This document shows, in pieces, positions 40,399 to 51,500 of a DNA stretch of 64,000 bases. The first letter of the stretch is position 1. Each line of letters begins with the position of its first letter. Where the stretch lies: positions 3,136,001 through 3,200,000 of the forward strand of contig OZ244042.1 in assembly GCA_965215015.1 (NCBI GenBank), read 5' to 3'. This stretch comes from Candidatus Poribacteria bacterium (GTDB taxonomy: Bacteria > Poribacteria > WGA-4E > PCPOR2b). Made by a program: the position numbers and the translations under genes. Below the pieces are notes generated by a model. The model did not search any database, had not been told where the DNA came from, and saw only the letters and a list, made by a program, of their open reading frames with translations.

Positions 40399-42682
40399 CT
40401 ACGTTGTTGCACCATGTTTTCGGAGGATTTCAGCGATTTCTGTATGCCCTCTCTTCTCCGCCCAAGCGAGCGGGGTCGCCCATGGTGCACCCGCTAGATT
40501 CGGATCTGCGCCACGGTCAAGCAGAAATTCAACCAGCTTTTTCTGACCAAAGCGTGCAGCCCAGCCGAGCGGGGTTGATTTTAGTTTATCTTCCATCGCG
40601 TTGATATCGGCACCGTGATTGAGCAGCGTCCGGGCGAATTCAACAACCTCTTCCGCTGTATGCCCGTATGTTACAGGGTTACAGCTCTTGCCAGCCAAGT
40701 GATGGAGAATCGTGAAGTTGAACCGCTTATCGCGCGGATTTCGGAGGTTCGGGTCTATCCCGTATTCAAGCAGCATATCTAAAATTGTGATGGAGTCGCG
40801 CCGGTCGAATCCCTCGTTGTTAATTTTCAAATTGCCTAACCGCCAGCCGCGCACCGCCGCTTCTAGCAGATTGAATCCCTTAGCCTCATCATACTCTGGA
40901 TTATCGCGCAGTGCCACCCTGACCATATCAAGATTGCCCGCAATAACAGCATCATTCAGCAAGCCTTTGTGCTCTGTATTATCCCGATGCAGACTCTCCG
41001 CGATGGCAGGGAGATTGTTTGTCAGAAGATAACTCAATAGATCGGCGACCGCGCCGTGCTGAAACATCAGATCCGCAACGCGCTTGTGCCCATATTGATA
41101 CGCCCAGCATACAGCGTTGCCGGACGCGTAGACCGCTGTGTTTGGGTTTGCCCCGTTCTCAATCAGTAGTTTCACGACTTCATAATGTCCACGATTTGCT
41201 GCATACCAGAGCGGATGTCCCCACTGTTTTACCTTCTCGCCGGCGACATCCATCTCAAACGGCGCATCCGGATCCGCTCCAACATCAATTAACAATTGGA
41301 CAATTGGCGTATGCCCTTGAAAACAAGCCACGACCAGTGGGTTATCATAATCCTCCCAAAACGGCACCCTGCTTTTGCAGAGCTGCGTCTTATCCTCGCA
41401 GGCGTTGATGAACCGTTTCGCGCCTTCAACATCGCCAACGCCGCAGGCAACCCAGAGATCATACGCTGCACCTCGAGCAAGCAAGGCACCTGCGAGGATG
41501 GCGTAGGTTTTGTACATCTCATCCGGCACCTTCCAGCTGTGCGCGAGGCAGTGGTGGATCGGCCGGCTCCCGTCTGCGGCTCGATGGTCAATATCGGCCC
41601 CCCCGGTCCAGCAGCTCAAGGACGATCGACAAATCGCCCCGACCAATCGCTTTGAAAAGCGCAGTTTCTCCACCCTTATTGGTCGCATTGATAAGCTCCG
41701 CATCTTGGTTGAGCAACGATCGAATGGCTTCAATATCGCCATCTGCCGCAGCACGGGTTAAGGCTTCACCCTTTGATGTTGTCCCCCGTTGTTCGTTAAG
41801 CCACCCCTCAATGACCTCAACGACAGGGGTGTGCCCACGATCTCTCGCCATTGTCAGTGCACTAGTGGCTTCACGATGGGGATATATCCCATTGAGCGGG
41901 TCCCCCCCTGCTTCTAGTAGTACACGCACAATTTCAGTATGACCTTCCTCTGCTGCAAGATGGATGGGTTGATGTTCATTATTTGAGGCAATATCTTGGG
42001 TTGCTAACTCCGGCTTAACAGCGAGAATCTCCTGAACCCGTTGCAGGTCGCCTGCTTGCGCCGTATTGCAGAGGCCGACTGCGTTGATAAACGAATCATC
42101 GCGTGAGGGTGCGTTTTCATGGAGTGTATCCTTCAACATAGTAATCATCCTTTCAGAATGTAAAGTAGCTTTCAGCCGCTTCCTTGAGGCGCGGAGACGA
42201 TTATCCACTGTTGTCACCGGCACCTCTAGGAAGTCCGCAATCTGTTTCTGTGTAAAACCGCTGATATAGAAAAGTGTTGTGACCTGACGTTGGTTCTCCG
42301 GCAGTGCAGCAACCGCGGCTAATACGAGGGATTTTGTTTCTCGTTCCTCAATCTCATCCGCTGGATCTCTCCCGCCCGAAGGTATTTCGACCATCGTTTC
42401 CAGGGGCATGAGTTGGTCGCGCTTTCTGCGTGTCAAACGGTTGCAGTGTTTGAAAATAATCCGCCGAAACCAGCCCGGGAAAGCAACAGGACCGTAGACC
42501 TTTGAAAGAATGGGATAGGCCTCGATGAACGCCTCCTGTACAGCATCTTCAGCCAGATGGAAATCTCCTAGGATAGAGTAGGCGTAGCCCACTGCCATAT
42601 CCTGGAACTGTTGAACAATTACACCGTAGGCGTCCAGATCTCCGTCTTGTGCACGACTGATAAGTGATTCTAGCTCTTCCAT
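40399..42682 (-). CDS. ECF sigma-70 factor fused to ankyrin repeats, split by a +1 frameshift in a G7 tract (41598-41604)
   Basis: Sigma region 2 (AEDAVQEAF, FPGWFRRI) and region 4 (LPENQRQV, IADFLEVPVTTVDNRL), then ankyrin repeats. Removing one G gives LLDRGADIDHR and joins the 42682 and 41754 ORFs into about 760 aa. Confidence 0.85.
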
Positions 42683-42843
42683 ATCAACCCCTTATCCTAT
42701 TGATAGATTTCACTATAATAATCCCAATTCACTAAGACAATCCGTGTAAAAAACAGGATTTATTTTATCATTTTGTTACTTTTTTTGCAAACATGCTAAA
42801 CAGTAGAAAAGTCCATTTCGGTCTCGCATGTGAATTTTTGGAC

Positions 42844-42872
42844 TTGACCTCAGCCGTGAGTTGTGAGATACT
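42844..42872 (+). promoter_or_regulatory. Possible sigma70 promoter
   Basis: TTGACC-17 nt-GATACT with TGn. Confidence 0.4.
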
Positions 42873-42954
42873 GAACGGGTCATTATAATACTGATTCTAT
42901 TTTGAAATAACCGTTCACCTTCAATCAAACTTACCTTAAGGGAAACAACATATA

Positions 42955-43287
42955 ATGTCAGATTCTGAACTGTTATCTACACACGCATGGGAGGGTAAAG
43001 AAAGCCCGACTGATCTAAGATACGAGGTTGTTCCCGGTTGGAGAGAAATCCCCGAAGATTGGATACTTGGACAGGTTGCTGGGGTGTCAGCGGACTCGGA
43101 AAACCGCATTTATTTTTTCCATCGAGGCAGTGAACCCCCACCTTTGCTCTGCTTTAACTCCAATGGAAAACTGCTTTTTTCTTGGGACCATATCGCGTTT
43201 GGCCTTCCCCACATGGTGCCGGTTGATGCTGGTGATAACGTGCTGACCGATGACGGAGCGCATATCATCTGCGTGATAGTTGTATAA
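42955..43287 (+). pseudogene. Truncated NHL/PAL-like gene
   Basis: YEVVPGW, VAGVSADSENRIYFFHRG, GKLLFSW, PHM..VD parallel the first two blades of the 25275 protein. The ORF stops after 110 aa. Confidence 0.7.
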
Positions 43288-43328
43288 CATTCAAAAAAAA
43301 CTGGAAGCTAGTGAAATCCGTTTTTTGG

Positions 43329-43357
43329 TTGCAGCAAAAAACCGATTCTGATATAAT
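43329..43357 (+). promoter_or_regulatory. sigma70 promoter for coxSLM
   Basis: TTGCAG-17 nt-TATAAT. The -35 overlaps an imperfect inverted repeat (about 43315-43348), a possible operator. Confidence 0.6.
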
Positions 43358-43433
43358 GCGATTCAATTCAAGGTAAAGTGAGATTTTCGTCCGCCTCATC
43401 ACAGGGCGAGATGTCTAAAAGGAGGCAATACCT

Positions 43434-43907
43434 TTGGCAAAGAAAGTCATTCATACAACAATTAATGGAGAGGCACACACACACGAAGTTGAGCCGCGGC
43501 TGCTTTTGGTTCACTATATTCGCGATGTCGTTGGTTTGACCGGCTCACACGTCGGTTGTGAAACGAGCCTGTGTGGTGCTTGTACGGTTACAGTCAACGG
43601 ACAAGCAGTCAAATCGTGTACGATGCTGGCAGTTCAGGCGGATGGCGCGGAAATTACAACCATCGAAGGGTTGGCGCAAAATGGAGATCTTCACCCGATT
43701 CAAGAGGGATTTTGGGAACGTCACGGCTTGCAGTGTGGTTTCTGCACTCCCGGAATGATTATGGCTGCCCATCAGTTGTTAGCACGGAACCCTAACCCAA
43801 CGGAAGATGAGATTCGGCACGGGTTGGAAGGAAATCTCTGCCGTTGTACCGGCTATCAGCATATCGTTGAGGCAGTTCAATACGCTGCGGAGAAAATGCA
43901 GGGCTAA
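43434..43907 (+). CDS. coxS: Molybdenum hydroxylase [2Fe-2S] small subunit (CoxS-like)
   Basis: [31 protein letters not shown]. Confidence 0.9.
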   Translation: MAKKVIHTTINGEAHTHEVEPRLLLVHYIRDVVGLTGSHVGCETSLCGACTVTVNGQAVKSCTMLAVQADGAEITTIEGLAQNGDLHPIQEGFWERHGLQCGFCTPGMIMAAHQLLARNPNPTEDEIRHGLEGNLCRCTGYQHIVEAVQYAAEKMQG

Positions 43908-43945
43908 CAAGCAGGATACAGGACGCAAATAGGAGGAATGATACC

Positions 43946-46282
43946 ATGGCAACAATAGCAGCACCGACTCGGATGATGGGTGCCCCGATTAAGCGACGCG
44001 AAGATCCGCGGTTAATCCAAGGGTTATCCCGTTATGTCGATGACATTAAGCTGGTGGGCACTCTTCACTGTGCATTCCTGCGCAGCGACTATGCCCACGC
44101 AGTCATCAACAGCATTGATACATCAGCAGCGAAAGATTTACCCGGCGTCGTTACGGTGATTACCGCTGAAGACCTAGGGGAGGTCGGGGGCATCCCCTGT
44201 GGCGCGGAAATTCCAGACCTCAAGATTCCAGATCATCCCGCGCTCGCAGTGGGACGGGTGCGATTTGTTGGTGAGCCAGTCGCTGCGGTTGTGGCAACAG
44301 ATGCGTATACTGCCAGAGATGCGCTGGACCTGATTGAAGTTGATTACGAAGAGCTGCCCGCTGTCACCAATCTTGATAAGGCGGTCGAAGCAGACTCGCC
44401 GTTGATTTATGACGACTTTGGCGACAATATCGGCTTCACGACGCCGCTAGAGGCTGGCGATGTAGATGCGGCTTTCGCGGAAGCAGACCATGTCGTATCT
44501 CAGCGTTTCGTCAATCAGCGTCTGATTCCGAATGCAATGGAAACGCGTGGTGTGTTAGCTGAATACCTACCGGGCGAAGGCACCCTTACCGTCTGGTCCT
44601 CAACACAGGTTCCGCACATCCTTAAAACGCAGTTGTCTATTATCGTCAATGTGCCAGAACAGAAAGTGCGCGTCATCGCACCGGAAGTTGGCGGAGGCTT
44701 CGGTAGCAAGTTGAATGTTTACCCCGAAGAGGTCGTTGTCTCATATTTGGCGATGCAATTACGCAAACCGGTGAAATGGACGGAGAAGCGGACGGAGAAC
44801 TTCACGACGACAATTCATGGCAGAGATCAGGTCAACTATGTGGATGTTGCGGTCAATAACGATGGAATAATCACAGGGGTTCGTGCGAAAATTCTTGCCG
44901 ACCTCGGGGCGTCCTATCAGTTGCTCACCCCGCTTATCCCCACGTTAACAAACCTTATGATTGTCGGCTGTTATAAGATTCCGAATGTCCAGATCGAGCT
45001 GGTCGGCGTCTTAACAAATAAGATGGCGACCGATGCATACCGTGGTGCGGGACGTCCTGAAGCGACCTACATTATCGAGCGCATGGTTGATTTGGCAGCG
45101 GGGGCGGTAGGAATGGATCCGAAAGATATTCGGTTCAAAAACTTCCCGCAGCCGGATGAATTTCCGCTTGAAATCCCAACTGGAATTATCTACGATAGCG
45201 GCAATTACCAAGAAAGCTTTAACAAGGCTTTAGGAATTGTTGATTACGATGGCTTGCGAGCTCAGCAGGCGCAGCTCCGTCAGCAGGGTAGATATCTGGG
45301 AATTGGTATCTCCACCTATGCTGAGATCTGTGGTATGGGCCCCTCCATAGCGATGCCCGCCGGCGGTTGGGAAAGTAGCACCGTCCGGGTCGAACCGACC
45401 GGGAAGATTACGGTGTTGACTGGTGTTTCGCCACACGGTCAGGGGCAAGAGACCACCTTCGCACAGATGATCGCCGATGAGTTTGGCGTCGATATTGACG
45501 ATGTTGTAGTCATCCATGGCGACACCGGAAGGCAGCCCTACGGTATAGGCACCTTTGGTAGTCGAGCAACGGCTGTCGGTGGAACGGCGATGGTTATTGC
45601 CGCAGGTCAGGTGAAGGAAAAGATGGCAAAGTTCGCGGCGCACCTGATGGAAGCCAATCCCGAGGACCTCGCCTTTGAAGACGGAAGCATCTTTGTCGAA
45701 GGTTCACCGGATCAAGCGATTGACTTCGTGGCGGTTGCCCTAGAAGCACACGTCGCTAAAAACCTTCCGCCGGACACGACCCCTGGGCTCGAAGCAACGC
45801 ATTTCTTTGAACCGTCGAACTTTACCTATCCATTCGGTGCCCACATCGCAGTCGTTGAGGTTGACGCCGATACCGGCGAAATCACTATTCAGCGATATGT
45901 ATGCGTTGACGATATCGGCAATATTATCAACCCTTTACTCGTTGCGGGACAGGTACATGGCGGCATTGCACAAGGTTTGGGGCAGGCGCTGTACGAAGGC
46001 GCAGTCTACGATGAAAGTGGGCAGCTTTTGACTGGCTCATTTATGGACTATGCCGTTCCCAAGGCGACACAGATGCCTCACTTTGAAACAGACCATACGG
46101 TGACACCGTCGCCTGTAAATCCGATGGGAGTCAAAGGGGTTGGCGAAGCCGGGACGATTGGCTCAACGCCGTGTATGGTCAATGCTGTTGTGGATGCCTT
46201 AGCACCGTTTGGGGTGAAGGATATCGAGATGCCATTAACGCCGAACCGTGTGTGGCAGGCAATCCAAGACGCAAAGGGTTAA
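43946..46282 (+). CDS. coxL: Molybdopterin large subunit, form II CoxL/xanthine dehydrogenase family
   Basis: VGGGFGSK, active-site AYRGAGR, GTFGSR, GQVHGGIAQG, KGVGEAG. Confidence 0.85.
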   Translation: MATIAAPTRMMGAPIKRREDPRLIQGLSRYVDDIKLVGTLHCAFLRSDYAHAVINSIDTSAAKDLPGVVTVITAEDLGEVGGIPCGAEIPDLKIPDHPALAVGRVRFVGEPVAAVVATDAYTARDALDLIEVDYEELPAVTNLDKAVEADSPLIYDDFGDNIGFTTPLEAGDVDAAFAEADHVVSQRFVNQRLIPNAMETRGVLAEYLPGEGTLTVWSSTQVPHILKTQLSIIVNVPEQKVRVIAPEVGGGFGSKLNVYPEEVVVSYLAMQLRKPVKWTEKRTENFTTTIHGRDQVNYVDVAVNNDGIITGVRAKILADLGASYQLLTPLIPTLTNLMIVGCYKIPNVQIELVGVLTNKMATDAYRGAGRPEATYIIERMVDLAAGAVGMDPKDIRFKNFPQPDEFPLEIPTGIIYDSGNYQESFNKALGIVDYDGLRAQQAQLRQQGRYLGIGISTYAEICGMGPSIAMPAGGWESSTVRVEPTGKITVLTGVSPHGQGQETTFAQMIADEFGVDIDDVVVIHGDTGRQPYGIGTFGSRATAVGGTAMVIAAGQVKEKMAKFAAHLMEANPEDLAFEDGSIFVEGSPDQAIDFVAVALEAHVAKNLPPDTTPGLEATHFFEPSNFTYPFGAHIAVVEVDADTGEITIQRYVCVDDIGNIINPLLVAGQVHGGIAQGLGQALYEGAVYDESGQLLTGSFMDYAVPKATQMPHFETDHTVTPSPVNPMGVKGVGEAGTIGSTPCMVNAVVDALAPFGVKDIEMPLTPNRVWQAIQDAKG

Positions 46283-46283
46283 T

Positions 46284-46320
46284 ATAACTTTCCGAAGATT
46301 TCAAACCTTCGGAAAGTTAT
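46284..46320. other. Perfect 14-bp stem hairpin between coxL and coxM
   Basis: ATAACTTTCCGAAG pairs with CTTCGGAAAGTTAT, 9-nt loop. Confidence 0.8.
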
Positions 46321-46349
46321 GCCCCAGTGAAGGAAGGAGGAAATAACGA

Positions 46350-47204
46350 ATGATTCCGGGAAGTTTTGAATACTTTGCACCGACAGCACTTGATGAAGCG
46401 TTATCGCTCTTGCAGGAACATGGAGACGATGCGAAGGTGCTCGCTGGTGGACATAGCCTGATTCCGACGATGAAATTACGCTTGGCTGAACCGGCGGTCC
46501 TCATCGACATTGGACGCATCGGTGACTTGAAAGGGATCTCTGAGTCAGACGGAAAATTGGTTATCGGTGCGCTGACGACGCATCACGAATTGGAGAGCTC
46601 GGATCTGGTTCAGCAGAAGGTGCCGCTGCTTGCACAAACCGCTGCCGCAATTGGCGATGTGCAAGTGCGCAACAAAGGTACGATCGGGGGCAGTCTTGTA
46701 CACGCGGATCCGGCTGCTGATTGGCCCGCAACGATTCTCGCACTTGATGCCAATCTCCAAATTACCGGCCCCAATGGCGAGCGGACTGTCAAGGTAACCG
46801 ATTTCTTCCAGGGACTGTACGAAACAGACCTTGGAGATGACGAAATCCTCACAGCAATCCATGTGTCGATTCCAGACGCTAACACCAAAGGGACATACCT
46901 GAAGCTGCACCAAGTGGCATCAGGATTTGCCCTCACGGGTGTGGCTGTCGTCTTGGCAAAATCCGGAGACACCTGTCAGAGCGTTTCTGTCGGCATCACC
47001 GGTGTTTCGGATGCCCCGTATCGGGCGTCGGGCGTTGAGTCTGAACTGACAGGGGTAGCACTGAACGCGGGGAATATTGCTGCCGCTGCTGAGAAAGCGG
47101 TTGACGGGGTAACTGCGTTGGAAGATATCCACGCAAGTCAGGCGTATCGTCAAAATTTGGCGAAGGTTTACACCCGTCGGGCGATTGAGAGTGCTGCGTC
47201 ATAA
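46350..47204 (+). CDS. coxM: Molybdenum hydroxylase FAD-binding medium subunit (CoxM-like)
   Basis: LAGGHSLIP, QVRNKGTIGGS, ADPAAD, DIHASQAYR. Confidence 0.9.
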   Translation: MIPGSFEYFAPTALDEALSLLQEHGDDAKVLAGGHSLIPTMKLRLAEPAVLIDIGRIGDLKGISESDGKLVIGALTTHHELESSDLVQQKVPLLAQTAAAIGDVQVRNKGTIGGSLVHADPAADWPATILALDANLQITGPNGERTVKVTDFFQGLYETDLGDDEILTAIHVSIPDANTKGTYLKLHQVASGFALTGVAVVLAKSGDTCQSVSVGITGVSDAPYRASGVESELTGVALNAGNIAAAAEKAVDGVTALEDIHASQAYRQNLAKVYTRRAIESAAS

Positions 47205-47410
47205 TCAGTCAAGGTAATGCGTCAAACGTAAAGGTCTCGTGCCCCCGATAGATTGGGATTTCGCTACATTCAACTTGCGTTTTACCTGTGACACCTTGCC
47301 AACTCGCTACATAAGGTGCCTCAAATTATACAACTTATGGTGAAAGTTAGTCATGCAGTAGTTTCTACAAGGATTGTAGTACCTACATACGTTGAGAGAG
47401 TCTTCGCCCT

Positions 47411-47508
47411 GTAGTTCAGCGATTCATCGCCGCACATGACAACTCTCACTGCCCGATGAATCGGGCAACTCCAGACGGTTGTTCCCTACTGAAGTGCGTA
47501 ACTCCTAA
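47411..47508. repeat. REP-like inverted doublet plus a 17-bp dispersed motif
   Basis: GTAGTTCAGCGATTCATCG...GCCCGATGAATCGGGCAACTCC (compare 7927-7982) and AAGTGCGTAACTCCTAA (compare 8123-8139 and 7850-7866). Confidence 0.65.
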
Positions 47509-47949
47509 TATTACTAAAGTTTGTATAATTTAGGTGAAAAGAGGCAGAAAAGCGGTTATCCTTTCAGCAATCACCACAATTTTGAAAGGAGGGTTATAAT
47601 GCACCGCATTTTCTGCCTCGCTGCTATTTTAACGCAAGTTGCTAGATAAGTCGTAGGTCGAGTTTCCATACTCGACATCTACTAAAAATGACCAAATTTA
47701 CGTAAGATTCGGGCTGCTGAACGACGTGCAGTGATTTTCTCGATCTATCGTGCCTCGACCCAAGGCGGCACCTGGCCGCTGGGGATATGAATGAGTCCCA
47801 ATCCATGTAAGAATTGGAACCAATGGTCATTCTCCCCTACTTTACTTGCAGCACCCTTGCATTGTCAAGCAGAGTAGTATGCACAAAGGGCACGGCACAC
47901 AGAGTATGCCTACTAGCAATCGGTCTTATCACTCACCGACCCTGTGCCA

Positions 47950-48476
47950 CGGTGCCCAGCATTTATCAAGGGTTTCGCCCCAACACGGGTTACAACTCAT
48001 TAGTGAAGTGCCTCTCCCGTGGCAAATGGGACACCGATGCAGTTGCCAAACATCTGATTAAATTGGGACATGGGGTGGTTGACAGGTGGGCCTACATTTA
48101 CGACAAGCCCCGGTCGATACAGACCGGGTGCAAATAATTTGGACTCCATTTCTTTAGCAGTCATCGCTACCCAAAAGCGGAACACCAATCCATCAAAGTT
48201 TCACTAAAGTATCAATCGAGATGGGTGCAACTCAGTTTTGTGACAAGTTGTTTGACCCAACGGACATTCAACGTCGCTTGTGCCACAGGCAATTCAATTA
48301 CAATCGAACAGGTGTGCCGGGCATTGGGCATGGATTGGTATCGCCCCCGTAAATTAACACGCGGGTTGATGGTGGAGTATCTGTGTGTCTTAATTGAGGG
48401 ACGATTATTTTCGGCGACCTCCCTCGAAGCTACCTACTCGCTGGTTGTTCAACAGACCCTTGATAAAGCTGCATGA
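47950..48476 (+). mobile_element. Heavily deleted DDE transposase relic (IS701/IS4-like)
   Basis: One frame with an internal stop at 48135: YNSLVKCLSRGKWDTDAVAKHLIKL..WAYIYDK..QTGCK*FGLHFF..RWVQL..MDWYRP. Resembles the N- and C-terminal segments of IS701-like transposases. Confidence 0.4.
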
Positions 48477-48556
48477 ATTGCTATCAAATTGTACAAACTT
48501 TAGTAGCTACTAAAGTATTGTGAGATTCTTCAATTTGGCTGAAAACGAAGGACGAT

Positions 48557-51500
48557 ATGCAGACAATTCCTGAATTTTTTTATGGTAAAGTGATACTGAT
48601 CGCCGGTGCGACCGGATTTCTGGGTCAAGCACTTGTGGCGAAAATTCTCACTGCGCTTCCCGATGTGAGGCGAATCTATCTGCTCATCCGCAGTCAAAGT
48701 GGAGCTAATGGAGAAAAGCGGACCGCAATAGATCGGCTAGAAAATGAGGTGTTTACTTCAAGTGCCTTTGCGAAACTTAGACAAATTCACGGAGAGCGTT
48801 TTGCCGGATGGATTCGTGAAAAAGTCTGTGCGGTAGAAGGTGATTTGGCTTACGAGCGGCTCGGACTCTCTGATGCTGCTTATGAAATGTTGCAGCGCGA
48901 GGTGCAGGTCTTCATTAACAGTGGTGGTCTCGTCAAATTTGATCCACCTATTGATGCATCCTTGCAGAGCAATGTGCTTGGGTCAAAGTACGCGGTTGAA
49001 TTAGCAAGAAGCTGTAACGACGCGGTTTTTCTGCACGTGTCGACTGCTTATGTTCGTGGTGTTCAACCGGGAAAAGTTCCTGAAGAGTTACATCCACCGT
49101 ACGAAACTTATGCCGAACAATATCAAGCAGAAAAGGGAGAAGTAATCCCTGGCACCCTTGATGCCGAAATCGAAGATATCCAACGACTGGGCGAACAGGT
49201 TAGGGAGGAAGCGAATCAACCTGAGAGACTCGATCAATTCCGGCGTGAAGTCCTACGAAATTTAGGTGCTGACACAGGAGAAAAGCTGAACAAACAGATT
49301 GATATTGCGCGGGGGAAATGGGTTGAGCAGCGTTTAACCGATGAAGGTTTGAAACGGGCCCATACGCGAGGTTGGAACGATACTTATACCTATATGAAAG
49401 CCCTCGGGGAACAGATGATTGCTAAGATGCGAGGTGATCTGCCGACAGCAATTATTCGCCAATCAATTATGGAAAGTAGTCTTGAGGATCCAGAGCCGGG
49501 ATGGCTGGGGGGTACGCTTCGTATGGCGGATCCACTTATCGTGGGCTTTGGAAAAGGGCGTTTGCCGGACTTTCCCGGCGACCCGAATAGTATCCTTGAT
49601 ATTATTCCTGTTGATTTCGTTATCAACGCTATTTTAGCGGCGACGGTGCGGACCTATTACCAGCAAGGTATTGAGGTCTATCACGTTGCGAGCGGCGCGC
49701 GCAATCCCCTGACTTTTGGCGATATCGTCGATATCACTCACGACTACTTTGTGCGACAGCCCCTGTTGGCTAACGGCAAGCCGATACCTGTTCCTGTGTG
49801 GAAGTTTCCAGCAGAGGCGAAATTTCAGAGTGATTTGCGCTATAAGCTGCGATTGCTCGACACAGCTAGCCGTTGGCTCAATCGCCTTCCATTGAGATGG
49901 GCAAAACGGAAGGAGCGCCGAATCGCAGTCAAAAAGAACGCTATTAAGACCCTACTACACTATGTGCAGATTTATGGCCCCTATGTCCGCCTTAGTTTTG
50001 AATTTGAAATTGGCAAGACAGAAGAACTTTACGATTCCCTTTCGCCTTCAGATCAACAACATTTCAACTTCGATATTTCACGTATTGATTGGCGACGTTA
50101 TCTCCAAGAAATACACATCCCAGGAATCAAACGACACTTTCTCAAACTAGGCGACGACTCAGGGAATCAGAGAATCAGCGAACCGACACCCGATCGAATT
50201 GACGAATTATCGGCGGATACTTCCGAAATACCAGAAATGGACAAACAAGCCCACAATGAATCCGGGGAGCAACCTATTAAACTGACCCGACAGGATCGGG
50301 ATTCAAAGCCCCTTGAGTCTCAGACAATGATCGATTTGGTTGCTCAACAGGCAGAGTCTATTCCAGATAAAATCGCGTTGCAGACGAAACGGGGGGGCGA
50401 GTGGGTGCGCTATTCTTATCGTCAACTCTATGAGGTTTCGCGGCAGGTCGCTTTTACGCTGTGGAAGCGGGGTTATCGCAAAAGTGATCGAGTAATCCTT
50501 TTCGCTGAAAATCAACCAGAGTGGGGTATCGCTTATTTAGCTGCTGTGCAGATCGGTGTCATTGTGGTTCCAATTGACCCACAGACCGCTGAAGAAGAGA
50601 TTTTCGCGCTTGCGGAGTACACTGAAGCAAAGGCAATTTTGACTTCTGAAGCCTGTGTCGCTCGTTTACATAGTACCCCGATAAAGCCCCGGGCGGAATC
50701 GACATCACCAGAGTTCTTGAATATCAATCGTTTCTGCCAACCTTTTGGAGGTGAACAACCCGAAACCTCTGTTCCCACGGATTGGGGACTGCCCGCAGTT
50801 CCTGATAACTTCCCCGATATGGACATTCATCCAGATACGGTTGCGTCAATTATTTTCACGATGGGCACAACCGTAGATGCACGAGGGGCAATGATCTCGC
50901 ACAGGGGCTTTATTGCGAACGTTGTTGCTGTTTCACAAGTGCTGCCTCCTGAAGACACAGATCAATTTCTTTCGGTACTGCCGTTGTACCATGCTCTGGG
51001 GTTCTCCTGCAATTTCTTGATGTCAATTTATGCCGGTACAACCACCACATACACCAATAGTTTAAGACCGACTACGATTTTAGCAATCATGCGGGAGACC
51101 AAGACCACTGTTCTGATTGGGGTGCCGCGTCTGTTCCAGCTGCTCTACGATGCAATTAAGCGTTATGTTGTACAGTCTCCCGAAGCAATGGAAGCTCCGC
51201 TTGCCCCAGAAGTTGTTCAAGAGATTCAAGCTGCGTTGGGTGGGCATATCCGCGTTCTGGTCAGCGGTGGCGCTGCATTGCCGGACGAAGTGTACGATCG
51301 ATTCATGGAGTTTGGATTAACAATCTATCAAGGTTATGGCATGACAGAAGCCTCTCCTGTTCTGAGTGTCAATCCTCATCACAAAAGCAAACGGGGGGCG
51401 GTTGGCCCCGCAGTTGAAGGGGTGCAGCTCGAGATAACCAACCCTGATGAGGACGGCATTGGTGAGATTGTCGCAAGCAGCCCAAGCCTGATGCAGGGTT

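Noticed and set aside
40399-41754. Independent ankyrin gene starting at 41754
   Set aside because: Its first ~50 residues are the off-frame reading of the upstream gene. Ankyrin similarity begins only after the G7 tract.
43946-46282. Bona fide aerobic CO dehydrogenase (form I)
   Set aside because: The motif is AYRGAGR rather than AYXCSFR, and the gene order is S-L-M.
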